Shown in pieces: positions 13,631 through 26,299 of a stretch of 64,000 bases of DNA. Numbering within the stretch: position 1 is the stretch's first letter; the number at the start of each line of letters is the position of its first letter. Made by a program: the position numbers and the translations under genes. Source of the DNA: Eledone cirrhosa (Eukaryota); contig OZ024741.1 in the NCBI GenBank assembly GCA_964016885.1, forward strand, positions 46,562,001-46,626,000, given 5' to 3'. The notes under the pieces were generated by a model. That model searched no databases. It was not told the DNA's origin and worked only from the letters and a program-made list of their open reading frames with translations.

Positions 13631-13679
<49 letters not shown>

Positions 13680-13680
<1 letters not shown>

Positions 13681-13815
13681 CAGAGCTCAAGCCGTTTCGA
13701 CGGCTTGAGCTCTGCCGTCGGGGTCATACTTGTTCCTATTACCCACTCTACTACCCTAAGTATTGAGTACTTTGGTGCGTTATGGTCCATCTGGTTCCTT
13801 ACCACAATTCCTTCG

Positions 13816-13818
<3 letters not shown>
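13680..13818 (+). mobile_element. Truncated pLTR-like unit beginning with a 16-bp hairpin; contains the 3' half of an HHR (family H)
   Basis: gcagagctcaagccgt-ttcg-acggcttgagctctgc. The inverted arm reads CGAAACGG and the forward arm reads ACGG..CCGT-C-gggg (stem III + GUC). Between TA tracts. Confidence 0.55.
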
Positions 13819-13894
<76 letters not shown>

Positions 13895-13898
13895 TATA

Positions 13899-14080
13899 AG
13901 TTATTCCGGGTTGAAACGGAGGTAACCACAGTAAGGTACTCAATACATAGCAGAGTATAAAAGTTTTAATATAGAAGAGCTTCTACAGGACTAGAACTGT
14001 TTCATTCGTGAGAAATCATCAGGAAGCTCCCGATGATTTCTCACGAATGAAACAGTTCTAGTCCTGTAGAAGCTCTACTA
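13899..14080. mobile_element. Family A pLTR (minus strand) with an inverted copy forming a ~110-bp palindrome (13972-14080)
   Basis: Palindrome centred on AGCT at 14025-14028; both ends run into (TA)n. Confidence 0.8.
13977..14029 (-). ncRNA. Type I hammerhead ribozyme (family A, intact)
   Basis: gagcttc-CTGATGA-t-ttc-tcac-gaa-t-GAA-ACAG-ttctagtc-CTGT-A-gaagctc: 7-bp stem I, 3-bp stem II, 4-bp stem III, GUA triplet. Confidence 0.88.
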
Positions 14081-15395
14081 TATATATATATAAATATATA
14101 TACATATATGAAGAGAGAGAGGGGGTAGATATATATATATATTAAGAAAAGGAAGAGAGATGGTATCACATATTCAACATCAGTTTATTCATTACAACAT
14201 TCCATTATGCACACTTTAAAGACATCAAAATGTCATTATTCAACTGTTATTCAATGAGTTGTCGTCAGAGAGGAAGTCTGTACAGGAACTATATAGTATA
14301 GGAACTATAGTAAAGGCAGTATGGACTACTCTATAACTGACAAACTCTCCACACATCAACCTCCAGCTCATGACTCAAACAGAAATGCCAGATGACACGA
14401 ACACAGATACCAACAATCCATATAGCAACAATTTAGAACCTCTCGACAGGCAGGGTGTGGGTAAGATAGAGTATAATGACAGTAATATAACCGTCCCCTC
14501 TGGAAAACAAATAAAACAAGAGACCAAACCCAGATAGCCAATAATAGACTACACATAACAATATGATCCCGGACACAAGGCCTACAAATGCATCAACCAC
14601 ACATCGAAACACCAACTTGTTTATCTTTTGAGTGACGAAGCTAATAGAACTGTATATAAATGTGTCTTTGCTAGAAACTGGTAAACTGTTTAATATTTTG
14701 GTTGACCAAGAGACGACCTATCGATTATATCAGCTGAATCACATCACACCAGTCCAAATTTCTACTCTTTGCACTGGAGTTTCTCCCCACTATGCTATCC
14801 AATGACAAAATCTAGAGTCGTATAACGATATATCAGTTGTAAATCAATTGAAAAGACTCAGAAACGATAAAGTTGTCGTTATGCGGTGATAAATTAGCCA
14901 TAAAAGAAATCAATTTAAACCGTAAAATATAATTTGAAATCATTACTTGAATCTTTTAAGAAAATTTAGTTCCTTCGAAAAAGCTTGTTTAAAAACAAAA
15001 AATATTTTTCCAACGCACTAATGCATTCCTTTTGAAAGTAATCTTTACATCCACAATTTTCGAGAGTTGTTAAGCGACGAACAAGCAGGAAATAATAGAA
15101 AAAACGTTAATAATATTTAAACATGGGAAAAGATATTTTTGAAGAACTCAATGATGGATCTGCAAATGTTATTTTAGAAAATATTAAAAAAACTTGCAAA
15201 AGAGATTTTATATGAAAGAAAATACTGTGAACTAAATGCCAATACCAACGAATTGCAAACTTGAAAAACAAACCCGAAATTATTATAGCTTTATAATCCT
15301 TTAAATTGCTAATGAACCACGAGTTAATTAATTTCAGCATTTGAAACAGGATACAAGAACAACACGAATCGAAACAAACAAAAATAAGTAAAAGA

Positions 15396-15796
<401 letters not shown>

Positions 15797-15799
<3 letters not shown>

Positions 15800-18342
15800 G
15801 AATTGAAGCAACGCATTGTAGCAAAGAGTGCCAAAATCAGGCGATACGAGAACAGAGTCAGTCAGTATAAACAGAACCGCATGTTCGACAACAACCAGAA
15901 GATGCTGTTTGGACAGCTTGAGGGGAAAGAAAGAGGCACCGACTTGATCCCTGGGGCGGAACAAGCTAAAACATTCTGGAGAGGAATATGGGAGCAGGAT
16001 GTTAGACACAATGCCCAGGCAGGGTGGATTGAGACAGTACAGAGGGAGATCGGTGAGCAGGCACAGCAACAGACTGATTTGAGTATCACAGTTGAAACTC
16101 TTAAGGGGCAAGCCAAAAAACTAACCAACTGGAAATCACCAGGCCCAGATGGTGTGCAGGGGTATTGGATTAAACATTTAACATCCCTCCACCCGAAGCT
16201 GACGGCCATGTTCAATGACTGCTTGGTGTCGGGTGAGGTGCCAGAGTGGTTGACAAAAGGTACCACAGTTCTGATAATGAAAGACCGAATCAAGGGTAAT
16301 GATGTTACCAACTATAGACCTATCACATGTCTGCCCGTAATGTGGAAACTGTTGACGAGCATTGTGTCTGAGGAAATCTACCATCACCTCCACACAAACA
16401 ACTTGTTGCCGGACGAACAGAAAGGATGCCGAAAGAAGTCACGTGGTACAAAGGACCAGTTGCTTATTGATAAGATGGTAATGGGGAATTGCAGGAGGAG
16501 ACACACTGATCTTGCCATGGGATGGATAGACTACAGAAAGGCATTTGACATGGTGCCTCATTCCTGGATCACCAAAAGCCTGGAGATCTTCAGGGTGGCA
16601 GATAACATCAGACAGTTGCTGGGCAGGAGTATGGGGTCCTGGGAGACAGAGTTGACATCAACTGGAGTATCCTTGGGAAGCGTGAAGATCAAGAGAGGTA
16701 TCTTCCAGGGAGATAGCCTGTCCCCTCTGTTGTTTGTCCTTGCCCTGATGCCCTTGACCATTATGCTGCGAAAAGTGAGAGCAGGATACAAGTTGGGAAG
16801 GGGAGAGCTTACCATCAATCACCTCCTCTTCATGGACGATCTTAAGCTCTTCGGGAAAAGTGAGAAGGAGTTGGATGTGCTTGTTGACACTGTCCGTATT
16901 TTCAGCAGTGATATATGTATGCAGTTTGGTATTGGTAAATGTGGAGTCATTGTGATGAGGAGGGGTAGGTTGAGCAGAAGTAACGGGATCCAGATACCAA
17001 CAGGTGAGATGATAAAGGAAATTGACTCTGAGGAAGGATACAAGTATTTGGGCGTTCTGGAGGCTGATGGCATAAAGAACAAAAAAATGAAGGAATTGTT
17101 AAGAACTGAATACATTCGGAGAGTAAGGAGCGTATTGAAGTCACATCTGAACAGCAGAAATGCCATAAGCGCAGTAAATTCCCGAGCTGTGTCTATTATT
17201 AGGTACAGTGCGGGAATTCTGAGATGGAATGTTGCTGAACAAAAAGAAATTGATAGGAAGACTAGGAAGCTATTGACTATCTACAACATGTTCCACAAGA
17301 GGAGTGATGTCGATAGACTCTACCTAAGGAGATCTGAGGGTGGAAGAGGTCTTATCAGCATAGAGGACTGTGTTCAGATGGAGAAAAACAACCTATACAA
17401 ATACGTGACCTATAGTAAGGAGCCAATGCTCAGAGCTGTACTGAAGGAGGGGACAGTAGGCCAGGGGATACCCAAGGAGGAAATAACATCAAGGAGGAAG
17501 AGCAGCCTTAAGGGAAAATCCCTTCATAGTACCTTCTTTGAGAAAACTGAATTTAGAGATCCACAGACATGGAACTGGTTGAGAAGAGGAGACCTCAAAA
17601 AGGCTACAGAAGGAATGCTAATGGCTGCGCAGGAGCAGGCCCTCAAAACGAAGTGGTTGAAGCACCATATCTACAAGGAGGAGGCTAGCCCACTGTGCAG
17701 GATCTGTGGAGAGAGAGAGGAGACTGTGGCTCACATTGTGTCCGAGTGTAAACACCTAGCCCAGACCCACTATAAGGGCTGGAGACACGATGTGATGGGC
17801 AGGGTGATCCACTGGCACCTGTGCAAAGTAAACAATCTACCACATTCTGAGAAATGGTATGAGCATAGGCCAGAGGCGGTGATGGAGAACAGTCAGGTGA
17901 AGGTGCTGTGGGATTTTAGGATACAGACGGACAAAAAACTGGAACACAATAGACCTGACCTGGTGGTTGTGGACAAAGAAAAAAGATCGTGCCTGATTGT
18001 GGATGTGGCCTGCCCGTTCGACACGAGAGTGCAAGAGAAGGAGAGGGAGAAAATTAACCGATACCAGGACCTAAAGTGGGAGGTGAAAAGGATTTGGAAC
18101 TGCCATGAAGTCAAAGTGATCCCGATTGTCATAGGCGCACTGGGGACTATCTCCAAAGGTTTCCAGGGATGGTTAAAGAAAATCGGCCCCTTCACGCTTT
18201 TTGGAACGCTTCAAAAGGCATGCTTGCTTGGAACGGCAAGAACCCTCCGATACGTCCTGAATATCTGAGGCTGCAGGTAGTGGCTTGATATTCAATCCAA
18301 CGGACTTTCCAGTTAACCAACATCAATGACTGAGATTCAAGG
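15797..18342 (+). mobile_element. 5'-truncated R4/Dong-clade non-LTR retrotransposon inserted in (TAA)n
   Basis: RT+RLE ORF, short 3' UTR, TAA repeats on both sides. Confidence 0.93.
15803..18268 (+). CDS. Reverse transcriptase + CCHC zinc knuckle + restriction-like endonuclease (821 aa uninterrupted, N-terminus missing)
   Basis: KSPGPDG, NYRPITCL, WIDYRKAFD, GIFQGDSLSPLLF, HLLFMDDLKL, YKYLG; CRIC..ETVAHIVSEC; RHD; RPDLV..DVACP..EK..Y. The listed start is TTG at the truncation point. Confidence 0.93.
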   Translation: MKQRIVAKSAKIRRYENRVSQYKQNRMFDNNQKMLFGQLEGKERGTDLIPGAEQAKTFWRGIWEQDVRHNAQAGWIETVQREIGEQAQQQTDLSITVETLKGQAKKLTNWKSPGPDGVQGYWIKHLTSLHPKLTAMFNDCLVSGEVPEWLTKGTTVLIMKDRIKGNDVTNYRPITCLPVMWKLLTSIVSEEIYHHLHTNNLLPDEQKGCRKKSRGTKDQLLIDKMVMGNCRRRHTDLAMGWIDYRKAFDMVPHSWITKSLEIFRVADNIRQLLGRSMGSWETELTSTGVSLGSVKIKRGIFQGDSLSPLLFVLALMPLTIMLRKVRAGYKLGRGELTINHLLFMDDLKLFGKSEKELDVLVDTVRIFSSDICMQFGIGKCGVIVMRRGRLSRSNGIQIPTGEMIKEIDSEEGYKYLGVLEADGIKNKKMKELLRTEYIRRVRSVLKSHLNSRNAISAVNSRAVSIIRYSAGILRWNVAEQKEIDRKTRKLLTIYNMFHKRSDVDRLYLRRSEGGRGLISIEDCVQMEKNNLYKYVTYSKEPMLRAVLKEGTVGQGIPKEEITSRRKSSLKGKSLHSTFFEKTEFRDPQTWNWLRRGDLKKATEGMLMAAQEQALKTKWLKHHIYKEEASPLCRICGEREETVAHIVSECKHLAQTHYKGWRHDVMGRVIHWHLCKVNNLPHSEKWYEHRPEAVMENSQVKVLWDFRIQTDKKLEHNRPDLVVVDKEKRSCLIVDVACPFDTRVQEKEREKINRYQDLKWEVKRIWNCHEVKVIPIVIGALGTISKGFQGWLKKIGPFTLFGTLQKACLLGTARTLRYVLNI

Positions 18343-18699
18343 AATAACAATAACAATAATAATAATAATAATAATAATAATAGAAGAAGACGCACGAGGT
18401 GGCGGAAGGTCATGAAATCGCTCCCGTAAGTTTTGAATTTTTAACATATTTAAATCATTTGTGAAATAACAACTCTTAGTACAAATGCTACGTAAAGCAT
18501 CCGGCTTGAGCCCCAAAAAATTCGGACCCAAAATATATTGTTATAAGGCTCAAATATTCAAATATTCAACTTTGTATTGTACATTGTATATTCAAAAAAG
18601 AAAATGGCTATAAATGGAAGAAGAACCCCCCCCCCCCTCCTCCTCTGTCTACGCTATATAGAACAGCCAAACAACACCAATCTCACCAACACCAGAAAC

Positions 18700-19450
18700 T
18701 AGATACACCACCTACCCCATCACCTCTCTGTGTACACTAAACACAACAGCCAGATAACGGCAATTTCACCACCACCAATCACTACTGCCATCATTACCAC
18801 CACTATCCCATCACCGCCGCCACCACTCCTTCATTGCTACCACCGCTACAACACCATCACTACAGTAATACGATCACATCACCACCACCACTGCCTCGGT
18901 ATCGACATCACCACCACCACTCTCTCAGTATCGATACCGCCGCTACTGTCTCCCACATCCCCCCGCTGGCTGCTGCCACCACATTATAGAATTACTATTA
19001 TAGAATTACTATTATTATTGTCTCAAATTTTAAAAAGAAAAAATGTTTAATTCCAATTTTACGGGAATATGTCAACACAAAATATAATAAAAACATATAT
19101 TAAACATACGAATACAAACTCATAGATACTACATATCAGTAACCACAACGCCACCGCTGCCACCACCCCACCCCATCCATCATTGCTACCACTATCCCAT
19201 CGTCGCCGCCACCACTCCTTCAATGCTACCACCACTATTCCCCTGTTAATTTGAGAGAGAAAGGGGAAGGTGGCGGTATCACTAGACAAGGGAGAGGCTA
19301 GCAAAAGATATAAATAGATTGACTTAGTGACCTGGCCGCCGGCCAAACGTCAACATCAACAACTATGGGACTGCTGGCTCACCCCTTCCTCACCAACAAT
19401 ATAAAAAAGCCCCGGCACCACCACCGACATAGCCAACAACAATAACAGCC
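18700..19450. repeat. CAC/ACC-rich low-complexity region with an internal duplication (~18800-18848 / ~19190-19237)
   Basis: ccactatcccatc..gccgccaccactccttca.tgctaccacc occurs twice. Confidence 0.6.
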
Positions 19451-19614
19451 AACTACAACAAAAAGTATATTATATTATTGTAATGCACTGGGTGATTGCT
19501 GGCCTTGTGCCTGGAGTGGAAACAATTATTAATAATTTCATTCTTAAGCCACGCAATGCTCACATTAAGGAACCACTCATGATAATAACAATTTAAAAAA
19601 ACAACAAAAAGAAA

Positions 19615-22600
19615 ACCCCGTGACCAAGAAATACCGGGATGGCGGCCGGCGGGGAATAGCCGTGTCTCTAGGGGAGAACGACCCTCTAGTCTTGGTTGAC
19701 ACTCGTTCTAGAAGTGGTAACACGAAATGATTACCCCTTGGCGGATAAGGATAAAACGCGACAAAATAAAGTAAATGTCGAATGATAAAATCTCATACCG
19801 GATCGGCCGTCACCCGGGTAAAAAAGGGCCGCGTCCCTCAGAGAGGAACCAGACTGGGGTCGAAAAATCAGCTAATGGTTCAAACCTTCCCATCACTTCG
19901 GAGCTGGAGACCTCCCATAACCGGAATACTCCTACTGTTGGCCCTCCATGCTCACCACCAAGAAATCCAAAGAAAAAGAAAGAAAAATGGTCAAGGGAAG
20001 ATAATAAAGAAGTCCTTGAGGCTTTCTACACTGCCATGTACTACCCATCAAATACATCGAATACAGAACAGACATATATCAACTGGAAAAAGAAACATCC
20101 CGAAAACAGAGGCTATATTGACAGTAACAAACTAGCCAATATACGAAGAAATATTGTAAGAAAAAAGTTACTAACTGATATAGAAATTGATCAGATCAAG
20201 CTATTAGCACAAAGTCAGCGAAGGGAAAATGAAACATGTGTCAGTGAAAACGAGGTAAACTGTAACACTTCGAATCCCAGGGTTGGGGCGGAATCACTGG
20301 CAACAGAACAAATTAAAGAAAGGATCGAAAAAGTGGAGGGAGTGCATGCTCAGGATGAAACTCCAAATGAAAATAATGAGATCGTAAATGATAAAGAAAT
20401 GAATGAGAATGAACTTGCCAACTTGAAGGATGAAATTATGATCGAATGGATGAAAATGAAAGAATCTGACATGGGCAACGAGACACCCTCCCTAAGATCC
20501 AGAACTCCAAACAGAACCAAAAGATAATACACAAGACTAACATAATTCTCAAAAACATTATCATCACAAACAAACTAAACATTACTGATTTAAATCATCT
20601 CTATTATGCATCGGCTAAAGTCACCACTCACTTATGTGGAGTGAAGACGAAAAAACAAAGGAATTCCCACAAGAAATCTACTTGGCAAGAGAACATCAAT
20701 CGCCAAATAAACCTTCTCCGATCTGACATAGAAATTTTAACAAACTATAAAGTAGGTGAACATGTTAAACAAACTAAACTTATAAAATTGAAAAAAAAGT
20801 ACAGTATAAAATCAACATGTGACATAGACATGCTGATAGAAATAATCAAGCAAAAAGTGTCGGCCAAAGCTGCTCGTATAAGGCGCTTTGAAAAACGATC
20901 TAGATTCTATAAGGACAATAATATGTTCAAAAACAACCAAAGAAACTTCTACAGAAAAATTGGTAAGTCAACAATAACTGCTAAATCAATACCACCCAAG
21001 GAGGAAGTGCAATAATTGGGAAAAGATCTGGGCCGAAGAAAAAGTTCATAACATACATGCCCCATGGATAGACAGACAAATGAAAGATACAGCTCACCTT
21101 GAGGAACAAACATGGGAAAATATAACAGTTGAACAGTTGCGCTTGGCTCTAAGAAAAACCAGCAAATGGAAATCCCCAGGAAAAGACAAAATACAAAACT
21201 TTTGGATAAATGCCTTCACAGAGTCTCATGAGCTGTTAGCCCAACTTTACAATGAAATAGTTAAGGAGCCAGAAAAAATACCTTCATGGCTAGTTAACGG
21301 CATTACATTCCCGCTTCCGAAGAATGATGAGACAAACAATCCCAAAAATTACAGACCGATAACTTGCTTGACCACAATGTATAAAATTTTAACATCAGTC
21401 CTAACTGAATACACATATGACCACCTGATAACAAATGACCTATTTCCCATTGAGCAGAAAGGGTGTAAACGAGGCTCATATGGCTGTAAGGATCAGCTTC
21501 TGGTTAACAAAATGATACTGGAAGATTGTCATAATAGACACAAAAATCTATCGATTGCTTGGATAGATTATAAAAAAGCATTCGATAGTTTGCCACACAG
21601 TTGGATTGAAAAATGTTTAGAGATTTTCAGAATATCCCCCGTTGTCAGGAGATTTTTGTCATTCAGTATGAAGACATGGAAAACGACACTCCTTTTGAAT
21701 AGTGAAAAAGAATCACTGGAAGCTGAAGAAGTTAATATTAATTGTGGAATTTTTCAGGGTGACTCTTTATCACCGCTTTTATTCTGCATCGCACTTATAC
21801 CATTAAGTAAAATGCTCAATGAAACAAAACATGGATATAGAGTCTATGACAAAACCATTAATCACCTGTTCTACATGGATGACCTGAAACTATTTGCAAA
21901 AAAATGATGAACAATTGCAAAGGCTATTATCCACTGTGAAGCAGTTCAGTGATGACATTAAAATGGAGTTTGGACTAGATAAATGCGCCAAAGCAACGTT
22001 CACCAGAGGAAAGCTGCTGAAGAGTTCAGACATTAATCTTGATCGGGGGAACGTGATAAGAGAACTTGATCAAGAGGAAACTTACAAATATCTAGGTGTT
22101 TGTGAAGGAGACGGAATCAAGCACTCGACAATGAGGGAAAGGATAAGGAAGGAATGTTACCGCAGAGTAAGAGCAATCTTAAGAACGGAATTGAATGCAA
22201 GGAATAGGATCGATGCCATAAACACGCTTGCCATACCAGTAGTAACCTAGTTACAATGTCATCAACTGGTCAAGCACAGAGATCCGTAGGCTCGATACAA
22301 AAATTCGAAAATTCTTAACCATGCACAGAATGCATCACCCTAAGGCAGATATAGATAGAATATATCTCCCTAGGAAAGAAGGAGGACGTGGGTTAATCCA
22401 GTTAGATATTGCGTTGAAAACTGCAACAATTGGATTATCTACATATCTAAGGGAATCATATGATTGGATGATCAAACTCGTTTTGAAACACGAAAGCATC
22501 AAAAGATCATACTCCATTACAAAAGATGCACAAAGATACAGTAATGGACTACAAATTTCAGAAGTCCCATTTACTGCTGAAATGGAAAACACAGAAAAAG

Positions 22601-23565
22601 CAAAGCAGATTAAAGTAACTGCAAAGTAAGAACTGCTACAGAAACTGGCTAAGAAATGGCAAGAAAGGCCTCTGTATGGAAAATACCCAGAAAGAGCTAA
22701 CAATCCTGATGTTGACAACATTTTAACCCATCAGTGGTTGGCATCCTCTGGACTGAAATCGGAGACTGAAGGATTGATTATATCAGCACAAGATCAGTGT
22801 CTGCCAACAAAAAATTACCAAGCCAACATAATAAAAAATGGATGCAACCCATTATGCCGTGTATGTAAAAAAACAACCAGAGACCATTGATCATATAATT
22901 TCAATGTGCAGTCCTATAGCTCCAACCGAATACCTAAACAGGCATGACAGAGCTGCACAATACATACATTGGATAATGTGTAAGCATTTTGATCTGCCCT
23001 ATCAAAAGAATTGGTGGGAGCATCAACCACCTCCCATACTTGAAAAAGATCACATCTCAATCTTGTGGAACTTTAGCATCCAAACAGACCGAAAAATAGA
23101 TGCAAATAGACCTGATATAATACTGAAGGACTTTAAAAAGAGGGTATGCCTGCTAATTGATATGTCCGTTCCAATAGACAAGAATGTATCTATAAAAACA
23201 TTTGAAAAATTGAGCAAGTATAAGGACCTGGAGATAGAAATTGGAAAAATGTGGAAATTGAGAACTAAAACAATACCAGTGGTTGTAGGCGCTCTAGGAA
23301 TTATACCTAAGAGGTCTAATGATTACTTATCGCAAATCCCAGGAAACCCGCGTATAGGAGAAATACAAAAGATAATACTAATGGGAACTGCCCATATACT
23401 AAGGAAGATTCTGTCAATATAAGTACATCAGAAGTCTAAACACCTAAAGATGCATGTGTGTGTATGTATGCTCTTTCTTGAACATGGCGGACCTTGTTAT
23501 CTCTTGAGGTCACTGGTTGTGACCTGGTGATAACTCGTATGAACATAAAGCAAGATAAATGCAAC

Positions 23566-23566
<1 letters not shown>
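19615..23566 (+). mobile_element. Apparently full-length R4/Dong-clade retrotransposon of a second family, inactivated
   Basis: GC-rich 5' UTR, fragmented single ORF, 3' UTR, then a (TAA)n tail. Confidence 0.9.
19775..23422 (+). pseudogene. R4/Dong polyprotein (N-terminal domain, RT, zinc knuckle, RLE) with about 5 frameshifts and a stop
   Basis: KWSREDNKEVLEAFY..KLANIRRNI N-domain; KSPGKD, NYRPITCL, GIFQGDSLSPLLF, HLFYMDDLKL; ETIDHIISMC, RHD, RPDII..DMSVP..EKLSKY. Colinear with the 821-aa ORF. Confidence 0.92.
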
Positions 23567-23597
<31 letters not shown>

Positions 23598-23949
23598 GCC
23601 AAGTAACGAAATGAAAGAATACTTTGAAACTCTAATTAGTTTAGATTCTTAGTTGCATATAAAAGGTATATTTTTGTAATGTTATTTTCATGGGAATTTC
23701 CGGTTTCCTTTACTTTAATAGAGTAAGATTCATTACTAATTTGATATATGTATTCATGCATTACAAGTAGTTTCGCATGCGTAAACACGGGTTAGACGCT
23801 TTTAAATCTTCGAAACTACTAGTAATGCATGAATCATTCAAACTGTCAGTACAAACATTCGTAACTTACCTATTACGTGAGTTGATTGCTCTTTTCATTC
23901 GTTTGTAACTCCAACGCATCTGCATACACATACACACACACACACACAC

Positions 23950-24013
<64 letters not shown>

Positions 24014-24065
24014 GGGGTGGCAGATAAAGAGGTGGGTACAGAGAGACAGACAAATAGATAGATAA

Positions 24066-24136
<71 letters not shown>

Positions 24137-24764
24137 GATAAAAGTCTATCCCACGTACCTATTTATGTACATCTACAGGCAAAAGGACAGACAATTATCC
24201 TCCGGAAAATGTATAAATAGACTAAAATTACCATGTTGACACCAAAGTATTGTGACTAATAACTTGTTCCGGAAAAGATAATGACATAGCATTAGATGGT
24301 TTTCAACAAATCACTATCAGACAATAAAGAGATTGGAGTAATCTCTAGACTAGCGTAAAGCGGTGAATATATTTTTCAAAATGGCGGATACGTTAGATAG
24401 AATGATTAATGAGTATTGGCTAAAGCTATACCAATTTGGACTATGTCCGAGTAATGTTTATTCTTTTTTGTGTTTATTTTTTTTTATTTTATTTTTTTTT
24501 ATTTATTTATTTTTTTTATTTTATTCTATTTTATTTTATTTTATTTTATTTTATTTTATTTTATTTTATTTTATTTTATTTTATTTTATTTTATTTTATT
24601 TTATTTTATGAGAAGCCATAGTGTCGACGAGAAAAACAAATACGAAACTTGTTATTTAAGGTAGAGTGTTAAGAAAAGAACAAGAATTACAGAGATATTT
24701 ATGTTCGTTAACGTGTTATATTTTAGATGACTACTATGATATCAAATTTGTCTCAAGTTCTTTA

Positions 24765-25408
24765 TATAAATAATTACAACAGTGACATAAACAGGTACTT
24801 AAGTTTCGTTGGGTTCTGGGCCCAACCTCATTCAGCCTGTCATAAAAAAAAGAAAAATAAAGATGGCTGCCTGGGGTTGATTATGCTTTCTTTTTAAAAA
24901 TATATCATAAGAGTTTAAACAAAGGCAGGTAATTTAGAAATTAGTTAGAAAAAATGTTGTTGTCTTTTTTTAATTAGAAGGTAAATTCAAGGGAGGTAAC
25001 TCTTGAGAGACCACAGTCAAGATTGAATAAAAATAGAAGAAAATATTTTTTTCTAGCTGACTCGAAGAATCCAATTTCTTGATATACAAAAGAGTCAGTA
25101 ATTTAAAGTATATTTATAGACCTGTTAGTCAGGTCTAAGCCATTTACTCAAAATATACTTCTTCTCATGAAGCCAGGTGCCAAAGCAATCAAGCTGTGTG
25201 TTTAGGTAGTGTTTATCTGAAGCTAGTTGTGAGAGTATATACCATTTTTCAGAATTACAAAGGCGATAAAATTTCGACCCATTCACATAAGTGATAGATC
25301 TTTCTAATATCCTCCAATTGGTGGGAAAAGGTGTGCCGTTGCTCTTAAGGCTCCATACATGATTTGCGAGCTGGGTGGTATGTTTTTTTGTCAGGATATC
25401 TGAAGGTT
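24765..25408 (-). mobile_element. 3' end of a Penelope-like element (Nematis-like GIY-YIG C-terminus + pLTR)
   Basis: Minus 25407-25124 translates TFRYPDKK/HTTQLANHVWSLKSNGTPFPTNWRILERSITYVNGSKFYRLCNSEKWYIL..YLN..HEKKYIL, resembling the T.LS.YIW.LK..W.I..C.LC..EK..I..LN..H PLE tail. An HHR lies downstream. Confidence 0.75.
24791..24840 (-). ncRNA. Type I hammerhead ribozyme with core insertion (family D)
   Basis: acagg-CTGAATGA-g-gttggg-cccagaa-cccaac-GAA-ACTTAAGT-A-cctgt. Confidence 0.82.
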
Positions 25409-25517
25409 AAATACATATATATATATTTAATCCTGTTTGTGTGTGTGTATATGTATGTATATATGTATGTGTGTATATGTATGTATGTGTGTATGTATGT
25501 ATATATATATATGTATA

Positions 25518-25587
<70 letters not shown>

Positions 25588-25641
25588 TATATATATATAT
25601 ATATATTATATGAATGTATATATGTGTATACGTATGTATGT

Positions 25642-25675
<34 letters not shown>

Positions 25676-26129
25676 GTATGTATGTATATATATATATGTA
25701 TATATATGTGTGTGTGTATGTATTTATATGTATGTTTGCTGTGTGTGTGTCTGCCTGTGGGTGCGTGCGTATATGTGTGTGTACGTGTGTAAGTGGGCGC
25801 GTGTGTGAATGTGCTTGTTGACACCTGGAATATATATTAAGAGAAACTTCACAATAAGGAGAAGCATCCCAACACTTGAATCTGTTTATAGAACCCTTTC
25901 TGCCTTTGTCACCCTTATTTCAACCTTAAAGAATTAGCTTCTAAAGAATTTCCCTTTTCTTTAAACCAATCAACTCCACCCATCCTATAGACACCTGTTT
26001 ATAGGCATTGTTAGTTTAAGAGATAAACAGGGATTTGTATTCCAAATTTGAATTTGTTCACAGTATTCTTTCTATCTTTGTTAATATTATAGCTTTAAAT
26101 AATTAGCTTTTAATGAACTTCCTTTTCTT

Positions 26130-26286
26130 TAAATCCATCAACCAATGACCTCTACCCATTCCAATCCCCACCCTCTCCTACCACCAGAAAAGAAAAATAC
26201 CACTACTTACTTGGACAGCCAGCTCCCTGATGATTTCTCACGAATGATACAGTTCTAGTCCTGTAGAAGCTCTTCTATATTAATAT
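26130..26286 (+). mobile_element. Family A pLTR copy; HHR at 26221-26271 with GAAA>GATA
   Basis: agctcc-CTGATGA-tttctcacgaat-GATA-cagttctagtcctgTA-gaagct, followed by TA. Confidence 0.75.
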
Positions 26287-26299
26287 ATATATGTATGTA

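Noticed and set aside
14220-14275. Minus-strand CTGACGA-caact..agttg hairpin
   Set aside because: Followed by AATA rather than GAAA, and no stem I partner.
14930-15395. AT-rich coding-like stretch (also 45200-45730)
   Set aside because: Many stops and no motif I can recognise; needs tBLASTx.
25830-26130. Possible decayed GIY-YIG tail on the minus strand
   Set aside because: Only vague similarity (RKFIK..INK..NTVN) with stops; insufficient to call.
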